DNA of 64,000 bases from an uncultured delta proteobacterium. GTDB taxonomy: Bacteria > Desulfobacterota > RBG-13-43-22. The stretch's first letter is position 1; every line of letters begins with the position of its first letter. A model generated the notes under the pieces. It ran no database searches. It had not been told where the DNA came from and saw only the letters and a program-made list of their open reading frames with translations. The stretch is from NCBI GenBank assembly GCA_963802945.1, contig CAWDKY010000016.1, positions 263,287-327,286 of the forward strand. Direction: 5' to 3'. Below, in pieces: positions 50,208 to 60,798 of the stretch. The position numbers and the translations under genes are program-made.

Positions 50208-50235
50208 GGCAGGGTCAGTTGACCCTGCCTTTTTT
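50208..50235 (+). terminator. intrinsic terminator after the SDR gene
   Basis: GGCAGGGTC-AGTT-GACCCTGCC followed by T6. Confidence 0.8.
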
Positions 50236-50606
50236 ATGCGCATTTCAAACAGTAATTGTTAATTTTAAGGACTTACTTTTTAAAACATTAGTAGGGTATT
50301 TTATATCACTTGACTATCTATTAGAACACAAGGTGAAATCCTTAAATTCTGTGCGGTGAGGCCATGTTCGAGGAAACTTGAGGAGTTCTTCCGGAAAGCC
50401 GCAGTTCTCCATTTTTCAAAACCCGCAAGAATGCAAATCGTAATAAAGGAAATGGCTTGATTTTTTAGAAATAATTGAATAAGAAATCCTATACCTTAAC
50501 GTTAGACCTTTTCTCGGCGGGGCCATTAACCAAAGAGTGTCAATGGCGGAAAATAAAACAGATCCAGGACGGAAGGCACTTAAAGGAGAGGAAAAAAGAA
50601 ATTAGA

Positions 50607-50852
50607 ATGGTTGAGGCCGAAGATTCCGGTAAATATATGACCACCAAAAGACTCGAAACCTTGGTGGATGGAATATTTGCCATCGCTATGACTTTGCTGG
50701 TATTAAATTTAGTTGTTCCTCGAAATGATGGTCAATTATCTGATGTGGCTTTTCAGAAGGCTCTTTATGGACTTATACCTACCTTTATCTCTCTTTTTGT
50801 AAGCTTCATCCTCCTGACAATCTTAGGAATGGGGTCAGGTCTATTTTCTTGA
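50607..50852 (+). pseudogene. 5' fragment of a TMEM175-family K+ channel gene, truncated at an IR element
   Basis: RLETLVDGIFAIAMTLLVL signature; frame runs into the IR at 50829. Confidence 0.75.
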
Positions 50853-50971
50853 CATTAATGTGTTTATATTTTCTGGAGCAGATCACCGATCATTTCGGTT
50901 TACACTTTATCTCGGCTGGCCAACCTATACGAACAAATAAACTAATGTCAAGAAAATAGACCTGACCCCAT
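50829..50971. mobile_element. MITE-like element with perfect 29-bp inverted repeats
   Basis: ATGGGGTCAGGTCTATTTTCTTGACATTA ... TAATGTCAAGAAAATAGACCTGACCCCAT. Confidence 0.82.
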
Positions 50972-51380
50972 GGTGGTGGTGCTGATCCTGCCCGTGGAGT
51001 GGCTGGCCGGAAGACGTAAAAAAGGTTCAATATTATTTTCTTTCTGAAGTCCTCAACCTTCCATTTCTGAAAAAAGACAAAAGTTCAAACGGTGATCGTT
51101 AATAAGTTATTTGTAAGTCCAGCCCCGCAATCTCCCAAATTTCTCCAGAAGACACCTTCATCCTCTCTTTTCTGCCCTGTTTTTCCCCTTGAGTTAGCCT
51201 AAAGAAAGGAGGCGATCCTACAACGGAGAAAAAAGAAAAAACAGATTGACCTTGGAACGTAAAAAGCGATATAATTTTAAGCTAAAGAATAAATGCCCAG
51301 ATCGGCGTCAGGTCTCAAACTCAGTCTAGAAAAAATTGTCAATTTTGGCCTGACGACATATAACTACTAACAATAAGGAG

Positions 51381-52802
51381 ATGTTAAAAATGAGATCAAT
51401 AAGTAAAATATTTTTGATTGTCCTGTCTATTTGTTCACTTTTTCTCCTAACTATTATGAGTCCCACCATGGCCTCGGCGGCTAATGCCAAATTTGCAGTC
51501 AGTAAAATGGGAAATATGTCCGACTTTGATCCGAGCCATCCGGTGATCCCCACTGGGGATACTATCAAGATCGCCGTGGTCGCTTCTTTTTCCGGACCGG
51601 GCGCTGTGAATGGTGAATTATACTGGGCGGTGGCCAGTTGGGTAAGCCACGATATCAACAAGAGGGGAGGCATCCTGGTAGACGGTAAGAAGAAGCTGGT
51701 CCAGATCATCAGGGCCGATCACATGTCCAGGCCGGACGAGTGCAAGAAAATTTGTGAAAGCATGGCTCTGCAAGAAAAGGTTTGCGCCTTTTGGGGCACC
51801 GATGGCAGTAACTTGGTAAAAATCATGAATGAGGTAGCCGATAAATATCATATTATTTCTCAGAACTTCACCTCCCTATCAGATGAACTGCAGAATGCCC
51901 AAAATTTTTCACGCTATGCCTTCATGACCCAGTTTTCGACTTCCCAGGTTGGAAGGAGCTTCGCCTATTTCTACGGCCAAATCAGGAAAAAGGAAAAAAA
52001 GTTCTATCTTCTCAACCAGGATTATATGTACGGTCATGACTTGTCCGAGTCGTTTAAAAAAGGTTTAAAAGAATACTATCCTCAGGCTCAGATCGTCGGT
52101 GAGGATTTTCATAAGCTGTTTCTGACCGACTTTGCCCCCTATCTGACCAAAATTAAGGCCTCCGGTGCTGAGGTGATTTACACTGGTGATTGGCTGCCGG
52201 ACTCGGGCAACCTGCTCAAGCAGGCCAGGCAAATGGGGGTTATGACTCCCTTTGCCCATGTCTTTATGGGCGACCCCAATACTTTGGCTGCCGTGGGAAT
52301 TCAGGGTTCGAACGGTTTGCAGAACATCGTTTCTTATGGAAACGGTAACCCGGTCTTCAAAACCCGTAATGACATCAAATTGTATAATATGTGGCATGAT
52401 CTGTGGAAGACCAAATTCAAACCCCCTTTCAACCAAAAGATGTATGAACACGGTTTGGGCCGTTGGAGCATGGATCTTTATTGGCTCTTGAGCATAATCG
52501 AACGAGCCGGAAGTACGGACCCCGAAAAGATTATCAAGGTCTGGGAGGGAGACACTTACCAATTTGCCAACGGTCAAGTGGTCAAAATGCGACCCTGTGA
52601 TCATATGGTCATCGAAGACCTTTATATAAGCGAATATGTTCCTCCGGATCAACAGAAGGTGTCTTTCAATATTTCGCCTTATCATTGGGCGTCTGACTAT
52701 TCTTTTTTCGGTCCCATAAGCAGGATTCCTGCGGTGAAGGTCCTTCCCTTGATGGATCCGAAACTGGAAAGGTGCAGAGGTAAAAATCCTTCGGGGGATT
52801 AA
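51381..52802 (+). CDS. LivK-like ABC substrate-binding protein 1
   Basis: Signal peptide; IKIAVVASFSGPG, INKRGGI, NQDYMYG, TDFAPYLTKIKASGAEVI, AGSTDPEKII. Confidence 0.88.
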   Translation: MLKMRSISKIFLIVLSICSLFLLTIMSPTMASAANAKFAVSKMGNMSDFDPSHPVIPTGDTIKIAVVASFSGPGAVNGELYWAVASWVSHDINKRGGILVDGKKKLVQIIRADHMSRPDECKKICESMALQEKVCAFWGTDGSNLVKIMNEVADKYHIISQNFTSLSDELQNAQNFSRYAFMTQFSTSQVGRSFAYFYGQIRKKEKKFYLLNQDYMYGHDLSESFKKGLKEYYPQAQIVGEDFHKLFLTDFAPYLTKIKASGAEVIYTGDWLPDSGNLLKQARQMGVMTPFAHVFMGDPNTLAAVGIQGSNGLQNIVSYGNGNPVFKTRNDIKLYNMWHDLWKTKFKPPFNQKMYEHGLGRWSMDLYWLLSIIERAGSTDPEKIIKVWEGDTYQFANGQVVKMRPCDHMVIEDLYISEYVPPDQQKVSFNISPYHWASDYSFFGPISRIPAVKVLPLMDPKLERCRGKNPSGD

Positions 52803-52866
52803 CCCAGTAAAAAACCAATGAGGGTTCAATTTCGAGCCCGGTAGATAGGGCAAGGAATAAACCTAT

Positions 52867-53118
52867 TAACAGGTTGCTGAAAAAGGCCCATCTATCCCGC
52901 CAACGGCGGGATTGCCCTTATCCCTCCCCGCCTTTCGGCGGGGCAGGCTTATTGCGACGTACTTCTATCTCCTAGGTACGCCTCATTCCTCGGAATTTCT
53001 TCGCGTAAAGGGCAACGCTCAGTCCCACCCCTTCGGGGCGGGTTCCCGGTTTCGGGATGCCTTGTATCTGGACCTTTTTGACCAACCTGTAAAAATAGAG
53101 TTTTTCCGCATCTTGTTA
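52867..53118. mobile_element. MITE-like element, family A copy 2, with nested insert
   Basis: Collinear with 22348-22537 plus about 55 extra bases near 53000-53058. Confidence 0.8.
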
Positions 53119-53291
53119 ATGGTTAAACCGTGAAAAGGAGGAGAGACCGATGGAACTGGGAGATATTAAATGTATCGGCACCGTGGGCGCAGAGCCTTTG
53201 TAGAGAGACGGGAACCTCATTTTAGGGGAAAATGAAATACATTTATGGCCGATTAATTGATAACTGCAAAAACAAATTAAAGGAGGAAAAC

Positions 53292-54581
53292 ATGAAGAAA
53301 AATTTTTTCAAATCTGTCGGTTGGTTTTTTTCCATCATGCTGGTTGCAGGCCTAATCGTTTCGCTCGGTACCGGTGGGGAGTCTTTTGCCAAAGACCCCA
53401 TCAAGATCGGATATATAGGCACTTTTTCCACACCCTGGGGTAAAACCGACAAATTCGCACTCGAGGAAAGTGTTAAAGAGCTTAATGCAGCGGGGGGTAT
53501 CTTAGGAAGGCCTGTTGAACTGGTCATGGCCGATACCAAGGGAGAGGTGCCGCTGGCAGTGGCTGCTTACAAAAAGCTGGTTATGAACGATAAATGCCTT
53601 CTGGTGTTCACTGAGGGGACTGAAGGCACTATGGGTTGTGCGGAGGTGGCCTCACGGCTCTATCCAAGTTATCCCCACATCCAATTTTCCGTTTTTGCTT
53701 CCTCTCCAATTGTTTCCGATCTCGTGGCCACTCAATACAACAAATATAAATTCCTCTTTAGGCCCTATTATAACGTGCTCAATACTTATACCGGAGAAAA
53801 TAAACTACATATCGATACCTTAAAAGGAACAATGGGAACAAAAAAGCTGGCCCTGGTAATAGAGGATGCCACCTGGACCGAACTCTATAGGAAAGGATTA
53901 CCGGGAGTCGTTCCGACTATGAAGGACTTCTACGAGAAGAACGGGCTCCCAGTGGTTTACTATCAAACCACAGACATAAAAGAAAAAATGTTTTTTCCCA
54001 TTTTCGAGAAGATAGCCGCCAGTGGGGCCGACTCCATATACTTCGTTGGAGCCTATACCGACACCATTGGAGTGGCCAAACAGTGGGCTCAATCGCCCGC
54101 GAAGAATATAGATTTTATGCTGATGGGTGGGGCCTCAGCTTACGAGGCCTTTTGGCAGATGACGGGCGGACAGGCCCTTGGGGTTGTTTCTCATCAAGCG
54201 GAAATTGATGTTCCCTATACGGTAGGAACCGTCCCGCTTTTGAAAAAAATGAAGGGGATGGGTGTTTCCGTTTCCATGGGCTCCGGACCTGGCTGCTATG
54301 ACGGTCCCTGGATTTTCAAAAAAGCGGTTGAAACCGTCGGAAATGTCAATGACTTTAACGCCATAATTAAAGCCTTAGAGAAAAATGAAGTGCAACACAA
54401 ATTTTGGACCTGGGCTTTCGATAAACGACATGATGCGAAAAATGGATATCCCCCCCATCAGCCCTATGTTTATGGCCAGTTTCAAAAGAACGGAAAGTAT
54501 GTTGTGGTTGACAATCCACCCCTTTTGAAAATGACCAATCCTGGTGCCAAATTTATACATGTCAGGGATCTAAGGAAATAG
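53292..54581 (+). CDS. LivK-like ABC substrate-binding protein 2
   Basis: AGGAGG RBS, signal peptide, PIKIG, ELNAAGGILGRPVELVMADT. Confidence 0.88.
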   Translation: MKKNFFKSVGWFFSIMLVAGLIVSLGTGGESFAKDPIKIGYIGTFSTPWGKTDKFALEESVKELNAAGGILGRPVELVMADTKGEVPLAVAAYKKLVMNDKCLLVFTEGTEGTMGCAEVASRLYPSYPHIQFSVFASSPIVSDLVATQYNKYKFLFRPYYNVLNTYTGENKLHIDTLKGTMGTKKLALVIEDATWTELYRKGLPGVVPTMKDFYEKNGLPVVYYQTTDIKEKMFFPIFEKIAASGADSIYFVGAYTDTIGVAKQWAQSPAKNIDFMLMGGASAYEAFWQMTGGQALGVVSHQAEIDVPYTVGTVPLLKKMKGMGVSVSMGSGPGCYDGPWIFKKAVETVGNVNDFNAIIKALEKNEVQHKFWTWAFDKRHDAKNGYPPHQPYVYGQFQKNGKYVVVDNPPLLKMTNPGAKFIHVRDLRK

Positions 54582-54594
54582 GAGAATAATCAAG

Positions 54595-55467
54595 ATGCAG
54601 ACTATCGAGAGTGTCTTGATCTATGCTGTCCAGCTGGGTTCATTATACCTTTTGATTTCCCTGGGTTTTTCTTTGACCTGTGGTGTTCTTGGCATTTTCA
54701 ATTTGGGTTATACGGCCACTTTTCTTGTGGCCATTTACGGGACTTGGATGCTTATCCAGGCCTTCGGATTCAAGCTTCTACCGGCAATTATCGGGGTCTT
54801 CGTGCTGCAGGCTTTGTTCACACTGGGTGTCATCTATTATCCCGTGGTAAAAAGATTTATGGAGAAAGAGGAGATACTCCTAACCTCATTACTGGTAATA
54901 TCGCTCATTCTTGAAGAGACTATTAATTATGTATATCCCATAACAGCAGGGGTCGACATACCGACGACAATCCTTTCAGGCAGTGTTCAGCTTGGATCGG
55001 TAAATATTCCAGGCCAGATGCTGGTCGTAATAGCCGCGGCCTTGATGATCACCGCTTTTTTCATTATTTTCCTGTTGAAAACCAGGATCGGTTATAAGAT
55101 TCGGGCCGTCAGCCAAAGCCAGGCAGCCGCCCGGTTATTAGGGGTCAAGGTGGAACGGGTCTATGCCTTGGCCATGGTCCTTTCCATTATCCCTCCGACC
55201 ATTTGTATGCTGATCATAGCCCCCATCTGGTCGATTGAACCCGGACTCGGCAATTCGCTGATGGAAACAGCCATTCTGGTAACCATTCTCGGCGGCCTGG
55301 GCAACCTTCGGGGGACAGTGATCGCCAGCTTCATCGTTGGTCTGATTGCTTCGGGGGTTTCCTTTTTTGGAAACCCCCGCCTGGTGGGAATGGCCACGTT
55401 GATCATTGTTTTTTTTGTACTGATTATTAAACCGCAAGGGATAGTAAAAAGCGAGACGTTATGGTGA
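54595..55467 (+). CDS. branched-chain-amino-acid-type ABC permease (LivH-like)
   Basis: GSLYLLISLGFSL..GV..IFN, KTRIG..IRAVSQ...AARLLGV, ILGGLGN, KPQGI. Confidence 0.9.
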   Translation: MQTIESVLIYAVQLGSLYLLISLGFSLTCGVLGIFNLGYTATFLVAIYGTWMLIQAFGFKLLPAIIGVFVLQALFTLGVIYYPVVKRFMEKEEILLTSLLVISLILEETINYVYPITAGVDIPTTILSGSVQLGSVNIPGQMLVVIAAALMITAFFIIFLLKTRIGYKIRAVSQSQAAARLLGVKVERVYALAMVLSIIPPTICMLIIAPIWSIEPGLGNSLMETAILVTILGGLGNLRGTVIASFIVGLIASGVSFFGNPRLVGMATLIIVFFVLIIKPQGIVKSETLW

Positions 55468-56498
55468 GATTTGAACATAAAAGAGCGCTTCTGGTTACAC
55501 ATATCGGGGATAAAAAATTTGAATGGCCGATTGAGCCCCGCTACTGGAGAAACCCCTTACTGGGCATCGCTGGTCTGGCCCTTTTGCCGATTCTTTTAAT
55601 TGGCCGGTCTGATTTCCTGACCCTCTTTGTTACCGCCAATATTTATGCCAGCATTGCTATCCCGCTGGGTTGGCAGATGGGGGGGATTGGTAGATTAAAT
55701 TTTGGACCCCAGGCTTTCGTGGGCATCGGCGGATATGTGGCCGGACTGCTCAGTATCCATTTCGGCTGGGGGCCTTGGGCAACTTTACCCATAGTCATAC
55801 TGGCCGGGATGGCTATCGGTATTGCCCTGAGCCCTTTGACCACCATTGCCAAGGGTTTATATTTTTCCCTTATCACCCTGATACTCCCATTGATCTTTCT
55901 ATCTATTACCTATTATTTTAGTATCTTTAAGGGAGAAACCGGGTTGCATGGCATTGCACCTCTTTTTGATACAGGCAACATTAAAACTGAATACATGCTG
56001 GGTGCTTATTTCTCCTTTTTTATGATGGTGATTTATTTGGCTGTCATTGAGAAAGTCTTTTCATCACGGTTAGGTCTCTATGCAGCGGCTATCAATGAAG
56101 ACGAAGAAGTCGCCAACGGCCTCGGTTTGAATATAAATAAATGGAAAATGATCTGCTTCATAATCAGCTCGGTCATGATTGCCGTCTCGGGGTGGTTTCT
56201 GGCCCATTATTTCGGTACTTTTGCCGGGGTGACCTATCTAAAGCTCCCTTTCATGTTGAAGGTACTTCTGATGGCTATGATCGGGGGGCGGGGAGAAATT
56301 TATGGAGCTATATACGGAGCCTATTTTATCACTATTCTTGAGACGGCGCTCATGTCCTTACTGGGACCGATTCATTATATCGTCTTTCCCGTAATACTCC
56401 TGATACTGCTCTTTACGCTGCCGGAAGGCCTCTACGGTCTATATCGAAGGCATAAATATCGTGAATATTATCCTACGGTACGAGTACGAAGGGGATGA
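55461..56498 (+). CDS. branched-chain-amino-acid-type ABC permease (LivM-like)
   Basis: G.LNFG.QAFVGIGGY, KGLYFSLITL, AINEDEEVA..LGLN, MIGGRG, PEGL. Confidence 0.9.
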   Translation: MVRFEHKRALLVTHIGDKKFEWPIEPRYWRNPLLGIAGLALLPILLIGRSDFLTLFVTANIYASIAIPLGWQMGGIGRLNFGPQAFVGIGGYVAGLLSIHFGWGPWATLPIVILAGMAIGIALSPLTTIAKGLYFSLITLILPLIFLSITYYFSIFKGETGLHGIAPLFDTGNIKTEYMLGAYFSFFMMVIYLAVIEKVFSSRLGLYAAAINEDEEVANGLGLNINKWKMICFIISSVMIAVSGWFLAHYFGTFAGVTYLKLPFMLKVLLMAMIGGRGEIYGAIYGAYFITILETALMSLLGPIHYIVFPVILLILLFTLPEGLYGLYRRHKYREYYPTVRVRRG

Positions 56499-56511
56499 GG
56501 AATGGAGACAC

Positions 56512-57243
56512 ATGTTACTGAAATTGGATAAAGTAACTAAACGGTTTGGTGGCTTAATAGCAGCCAATAATGTGAGCATTGATATTGACCGGGGAGAAAT
56601 CGTCGGCCTGATCGGTCCAAATGGTGCAGGAAAAACGACCATTATGAACCTGATTGCCGGGTCGATGAAGCCGGATTCGGGCAGGATTGAATTTGACGAT
56701 ATGGATATTACCGGCCAGGATCCCCATATCGTCTGCCATCAAGGAATCAGCCGGACCTATCAGATACCGAGGCCCTTCCCGAATATGACAACTCTAGCAA
56801 ATGTCGCTGTGGGGGCCTTCTGCGGAAAGAATAGGCCCCATATGAGTTTAGGCGACGCGACGTTTGACGCCTCCCATTATCTTGAGATGGTCGGTTTATT
56901 CGGGAAGCGAAACATACTTGCCCGCGACCTTTCTCTCTTCGAATTGAGGGCCCTTGAATTAGCCAGGGTATTGGCCACGACTCCGAAGTTCATTCTGATT
57001 GATGAAGTTATGGCCGGTCTTAATCCATCCGAATCGAAAAAAGCCATTAGTCTCATTCAGCAAGTCATCGAAGAATTCCAGGTGACGGTCTTGTGGATCG
57101 AACATGTTATGAAGATTATCATGGAGGCCACCCAAAGGGTCGTGGTTCTCCACCATGGAGAAGTCTTAACCGCAGGGTTGCCGGAGCAAGTGGTTAATGA
57201 CCCTCAGGTTATAGAAGCCTATTTAGGAGAAGAAATTGCTTAA
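56512..57243 (+). CDS. ABC ATPase (LivG-like)
   Basis: KRFGGL.A, GLIGPNGAGKTT, RTYQ, DEVMAGLN, IEH, VIEAYLG. Confidence 0.92.
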   Translation: MLLKLDKVTKRFGGLIAANNVSIDIDRGEIVGLIGPNGAGKTTIMNLIAGSMKPDSGRIEFDDMDITGQDPHIVCHQGISRTYQIPRPFPNMTTLANVAVGAFCGKNRPHMSLGDATFDASHYLEMVGLFGKRNILARDLSLFELRALELARVLATTPKFILIDEVMAGLNPSESKKAISLIQQVIEEFQVTVLWIEHVMKIIMEATQRVVVLHHGEVLTAGLPEQVVNDPQVIEAYLGEEIA

Positions 57244-57943
57244 AGTTGAAAAAGTCAATATTGCCTATGGATCAATCCAGGTAGTCTATGATCTGGATTT
57301 TTATGTCAAGGAAAGTGAGTGCGTCGCCTTACTGGGTTCAAACGGTGCAGGGAAGACGACTATTCTCAATGCCATCTCCAGCGTTGTACCCCGTAGGTCG
57401 GGAGACATCTATTTCCAAGATGTTCGGTGTGCGGTAAATAATCCGGGACTTCATTATGAATGGGGCATTGTCCAAGTTCCCGAGGGGGGAAAAATTCTCC
57501 CCTATATGACCGTTCAAGAAAATTTGATCATGGGGGCTGTCTGCAGGAATGAGGCCTGGAAAAAGAGAAAAGATACATTGACCTGGGTCTTTGAAATACT
57601 TCCTAGACTGAAGGAGCGCTTCAATCAGGAAGCGCGCCTTTTGAGCGGCGGAGAGCGACAAATGCTCGTGGTAGGCCGAGGCCTGATGGCCCTCCCCAAA
57701 CTTCTTATGATTGATGAGCCCTCTCTGGGTCTGGCTCCAAAGACAACTTTAGAAATATTTAATACGATGAAAATTCTTCGCGAGCAAGGCTTAACCATTC
57801 TCTTATCGGAACAGAATGTTTCCCAAGCTCTCAAAGTTGCCTCACGAGGCTATGTTCTGGAAAACGGGCGTATTGTTATGGAAGGAGCAAGCGATGAGCT
57901 TATCAATAACCCACACATCAAAACAGCTTATCTGGGCATGTAG
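57236..57943 (+). CDS. ABC ATPase (LivF-like)
   Basis: LGSNGAGKTT, VPEG, LSGGERQM, DEPSLGLAP, EQN, RGYVLENG. Confidence 0.92.
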   Translation: MLKVEKVNIAYGSIQVVYDLDFYVKESECVALLGSNGAGKTTILNAISSVVPRRSGDIYFQDVRCAVNNPGLHYEWGIVQVPEGGKILPYMTVQENLIMGAVCRNEAWKKRKDTLTWVFEILPRLKERFNQEARLLSGGERQMLVVGRGLMALPKLLMIDEPSLGLAPKTTLEIFNTMKILREQGLTILLSEQNVSQALKVASRGYVLENGRIVMEGASDELINNPHIKTAYLGM

Positions 57944-57955
57944 GGGACAAGGACA

Positions 57956-59299
57956 ATGAAAGAAGATTACTTTTCATTTACCCAACAACTTTTTGACCGA
58001 TTTCAAATATCCGATAAGCCTGAGGCCTTGAAGGGGATCAGAGTACTGGATCTATCCCGCATTATCTATGGTCCGATGGTGACCAAATGGCTGGCCTTAT
58101 TTGGGGCGGAAGTGATCAAGGTTGAGGAACCAGAAACGGGTGATGATTGGCGAATCGGCACCTACTGGGGGAAGTACTGGAAGGATTCTTCACCCTATTT
58201 CCAGTCTATCAACCCCAATAAATATTTTGTGGCCATAAATCTCAAAGAGCCGAAGGGAAAGGACCTGATTAAAGCCCTGGCGGAAAAATCAGACGTAGTT
58301 GTCGAAAATTATAGGGCCGGCTTAGCTGAAGCTTGGGGACTTGGATATATGACTCTGAGCAAAATTAATCCAAAGATCGTTTATATCAGCTGTAGCGGTT
58401 ACGGGCAGTGGGGACCGCTCCGTTATTTCCCGAGTTGGGATATCATTGCCCAGTCAAGGTCAGGCGTAGCCAGGACGACCGGCTTTTCCGAAGATAATAC
58501 CTTTAAGCTTCCGGATTATTACGGTGATTTTTTCCCGGCTATACTCGGTACTGTTGGTGTTTTGTCGGCGCTCTATCACCGTGAGCGTACCGGCAAGGGA
58601 CAATTTATTGATATGGCTCAAACAGAAGCCTTAATCCGCGCCATGCCTGATTGGACCTACATGAGCCTTACGGGTGAAGAACTCGGACCCACCGGAAATT
58701 TCGATCCGACCATGGCGCCCTCCGGAATATTCAAAACAAAAGATGAAGCTTTTATTGCTATTGCCGTCGCAACCAAAGAACAATTCATGGCTTTGGCTGA
58801 ATGTATGGGGGCTCTCGAGCTTACAAAAGACAAAAGGTTTGCGGAAACGTCCCAGAGATTAAAAAAGGAGAATGCGACTCTTATTAATGAAATCCTGGCC
58901 CAATGGGTAAGCCAACATAAAGAAGACGAGATCATTGCCTGGGCTAAAGAAAAAGGATTTGCAGCAGCACACGTCATGGACGACTTGGAATTAGTCCAGG
59001 ATCCCTGGAGGAAAGAACGGGGCAGCATCGTCGAATTTGAGGATGGCATGTATGGTCGCGCTCAATGGGCAGGTCCTCCTGTTTCCTTAAGTGAAACGCC
59101 TGGCAGACTCAAACAGCTTACACGTCCCGTCGGCTATCACAATCGGTATGTATTCAAAGAGGTTCTCGGTCTGTCTGAAGAAGATATCCTCGAATTGGAA
59201 AAAAAGAGGATCATCGGCTATTGGGAAAACCGAGTCGGCACACGCCCGCCAAGCTATGTCGATATGGATAAAGACGAAATATTCAACTACCAAAAATAG
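57956..59299 (+). CDS. class III CoA-transferase (CaiB/BaiF family), subunit 1
   Basis: LKGIRVLDLS, GAEVIKVE, DVVVENYR, SGYGQ.GP, WDIIAQ (catalytic Asp position), RERTGKGQ.ID. Confidence 0.92.
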   Translation: MKEDYFSFTQQLFDRFQISDKPEALKGIRVLDLSRIIYGPMVTKWLALFGAEVIKVEEPETGDDWRIGTYWGKYWKDSSPYFQSINPNKYFVAINLKEPKGKDLIKALAEKSDVVVENYRAGLAEAWGLGYMTLSKINPKIVYISCSGYGQWGPLRYFPSWDIIAQSRSGVARTTGFSEDNTFKLPDYYGDFFPAILGTVGVLSALYHRERTGKGQFIDMAQTEALIRAMPDWTYMSLTGEELGPTGNFDPTMAPSGIFKTKDEAFIAIAVATKEQFMALAECMGALELTKDKRFAETSQRLKKENATLINEILAQWVSQHKEDEIIAWAKEKGFAAAHVMDDLELVQDPWRKERGSIVEFEDGMYGRAQWAGPPVSLSETPGRLKQLTRPVGYHNRYVFKEVLGLSEEDILELEKKRIIGYWENRVGTRPPSYVDMDKDEIFNYQK

Positions 59300-59317
59300 T
59301 TAGGATGCCAAGAAACG

Positions 59318-60667
59318 ATGAAAAAGCAACAGGTCTTTTCAAAGCACATGACCGGCAAGAAGACGCAAGAGCAACTCTTGCAGTTTAACCGCCTTCTAAC
59401 TGAAATGATGGGTTCTCTTGGGAGCAAAGGGGGGGCGCTTCACCAGATTCGAGTTCTGGAGATCAGCTATGCCAATTTCCCGGGACTGATTTGCGGAGCC
59501 CTGTTTGGAGAAATGGGGGCCGAAGTGATCAAAATCGAACCTCCCCAAGGGGATTCGGCCCGGGAAGCTACCTATAATGGTGTTTATATTCAGGGTGTAG
59601 GCATTCCTTTTGTTATGGAAAGCCGAAATAAACTTTTGATTACTATTGATTTTGAAGATGAACAAGGGATATTGAACCTAAAAAAGCTGGCTAATAAAGC
59701 CGATATTATCATCGATGCGATGAAACCCGGGTATCTCGATGAAATCGGACTCGGTTACAGGCAGATCTCGGGGACCAATCCGCGCCTTATCTATATTGCC
59801 ATTTCCCCCTATGGACATTTTACTTCGAAGGGAAAAGATTTCCGCAATATACCCGACACAGATTTAACGGCACAATCGGAATCGGGTTTTCCGGCCTTAA
59901 CGGGGAATCCCAAGGCTCCTGAACCGCTCAATTATCCGGTGAGAGCCGGCATCTGGGCAGCAAATTATATGAGCGCAGTCGTCGGAGTTGCCGGTGTAAT
60001 TACCGCACTTTTGCATAGGGAAAAAACAGGTCAAGGGCAAATGATTGATCTGGCAACCTATGATGCTTTATCAACCTGGCAGGGATACTCCTATGTATGG
60101 GGTTCTACAACCAAAAAACCAAGGACCAGGGTCGGAAATTATGATTGGGGCCTCTTTCCTTATGGTTATTACAAGGCGAAAGACGGCTATGTAACTGTTG
60201 CCTCAGGACATGATGCCGCTTTCAGAGGTCTTTTAAAAATTCTCAAGCGATGGGATCTGGAAAATGACTGGAGATTTATTTTTGACAGAATTGCGGATGA
60301 CCCGGAAAAAATGGACGAATTGGAAAAGGAGATAAAAAAAGAGCTCGTCAAACATACACGGAAAGAGCTGACTTCAAAAACTCTGGCTTATAGTGCCAAA
60401 GCTGCGCGGGACAAGCTGCGGGCCAAAGGTTTTCCGATCGTAGTTGAAACCTTATCGCCTCGGGAGGTTTTGAAGGAAGAACATTGGAAAATCCGTGAGA
60501 CTTTTTTAGAACTTCCTGTCAAAGATAATGGTAAGATTACCATCCCGGCACTGCCCCCTCGAATGTCGGATTCCCCATCAAAAACAAAATGGATCAAGAT
60601 CGGCCTCGGTGAAGACAACGATGCCGTTTCCGAGGAGTACGGCTTGGCTTTAACAAAAAAGAAGTAG
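59318..60667 (+). CDS. class III CoA-transferase, subunit 2 (divergent)
   Basis: IRVLEI, MGAEVIKIEPP.GD, ISPYG, TDLTAQ, REKTGQGQMIDL, PYGYYKAKDG. Confidence 0.9.
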   Translation: MKKQQVFSKHMTGKKTQEQLLQFNRLLTEMMGSLGSKGGALHQIRVLEISYANFPGLICGALFGEMGAEVIKIEPPQGDSAREATYNGVYIQGVGIPFVMESRNKLLITIDFEDEQGILNLKKLANKADIIIDAMKPGYLDEIGLGYRQISGTNPRLIYIAISPYGHFTSKGKDFRNIPDTDLTAQSESGFPALTGNPKAPEPLNYPVRAGIWAANYMSAVVGVAGVITALLHREKTGQGQMIDLATYDALSTWQGYSYVWGSTTKKPRTRVGNYDWGLFPYGYYKAKDGYVTVASGHDAAFRGLLKILKRWDLENDWRFIFDRIADDPEKMDELEKEIKKELVKHTRKELTSKTLAYSAKAARDKLRAKGFPIVVETLSPREVLKEEHWKIRETFLELPVKDNGKITIPALPPRMSDSPSKTKWIKIGLGEDNDAVSEEYGLALTKKK

Positions 60668-60798
60668 TAAATAAAGGCTGTTGATTCGCCTGGACGGCGG
60701 TCATGCCAGCCAATATTATTCTCTTCGCGAGTTTATCTCTTTCTGCCCGGATTCACCTTAACTCTCAGGGATTCAGAAAGTGACTTTTCATTAACAGG

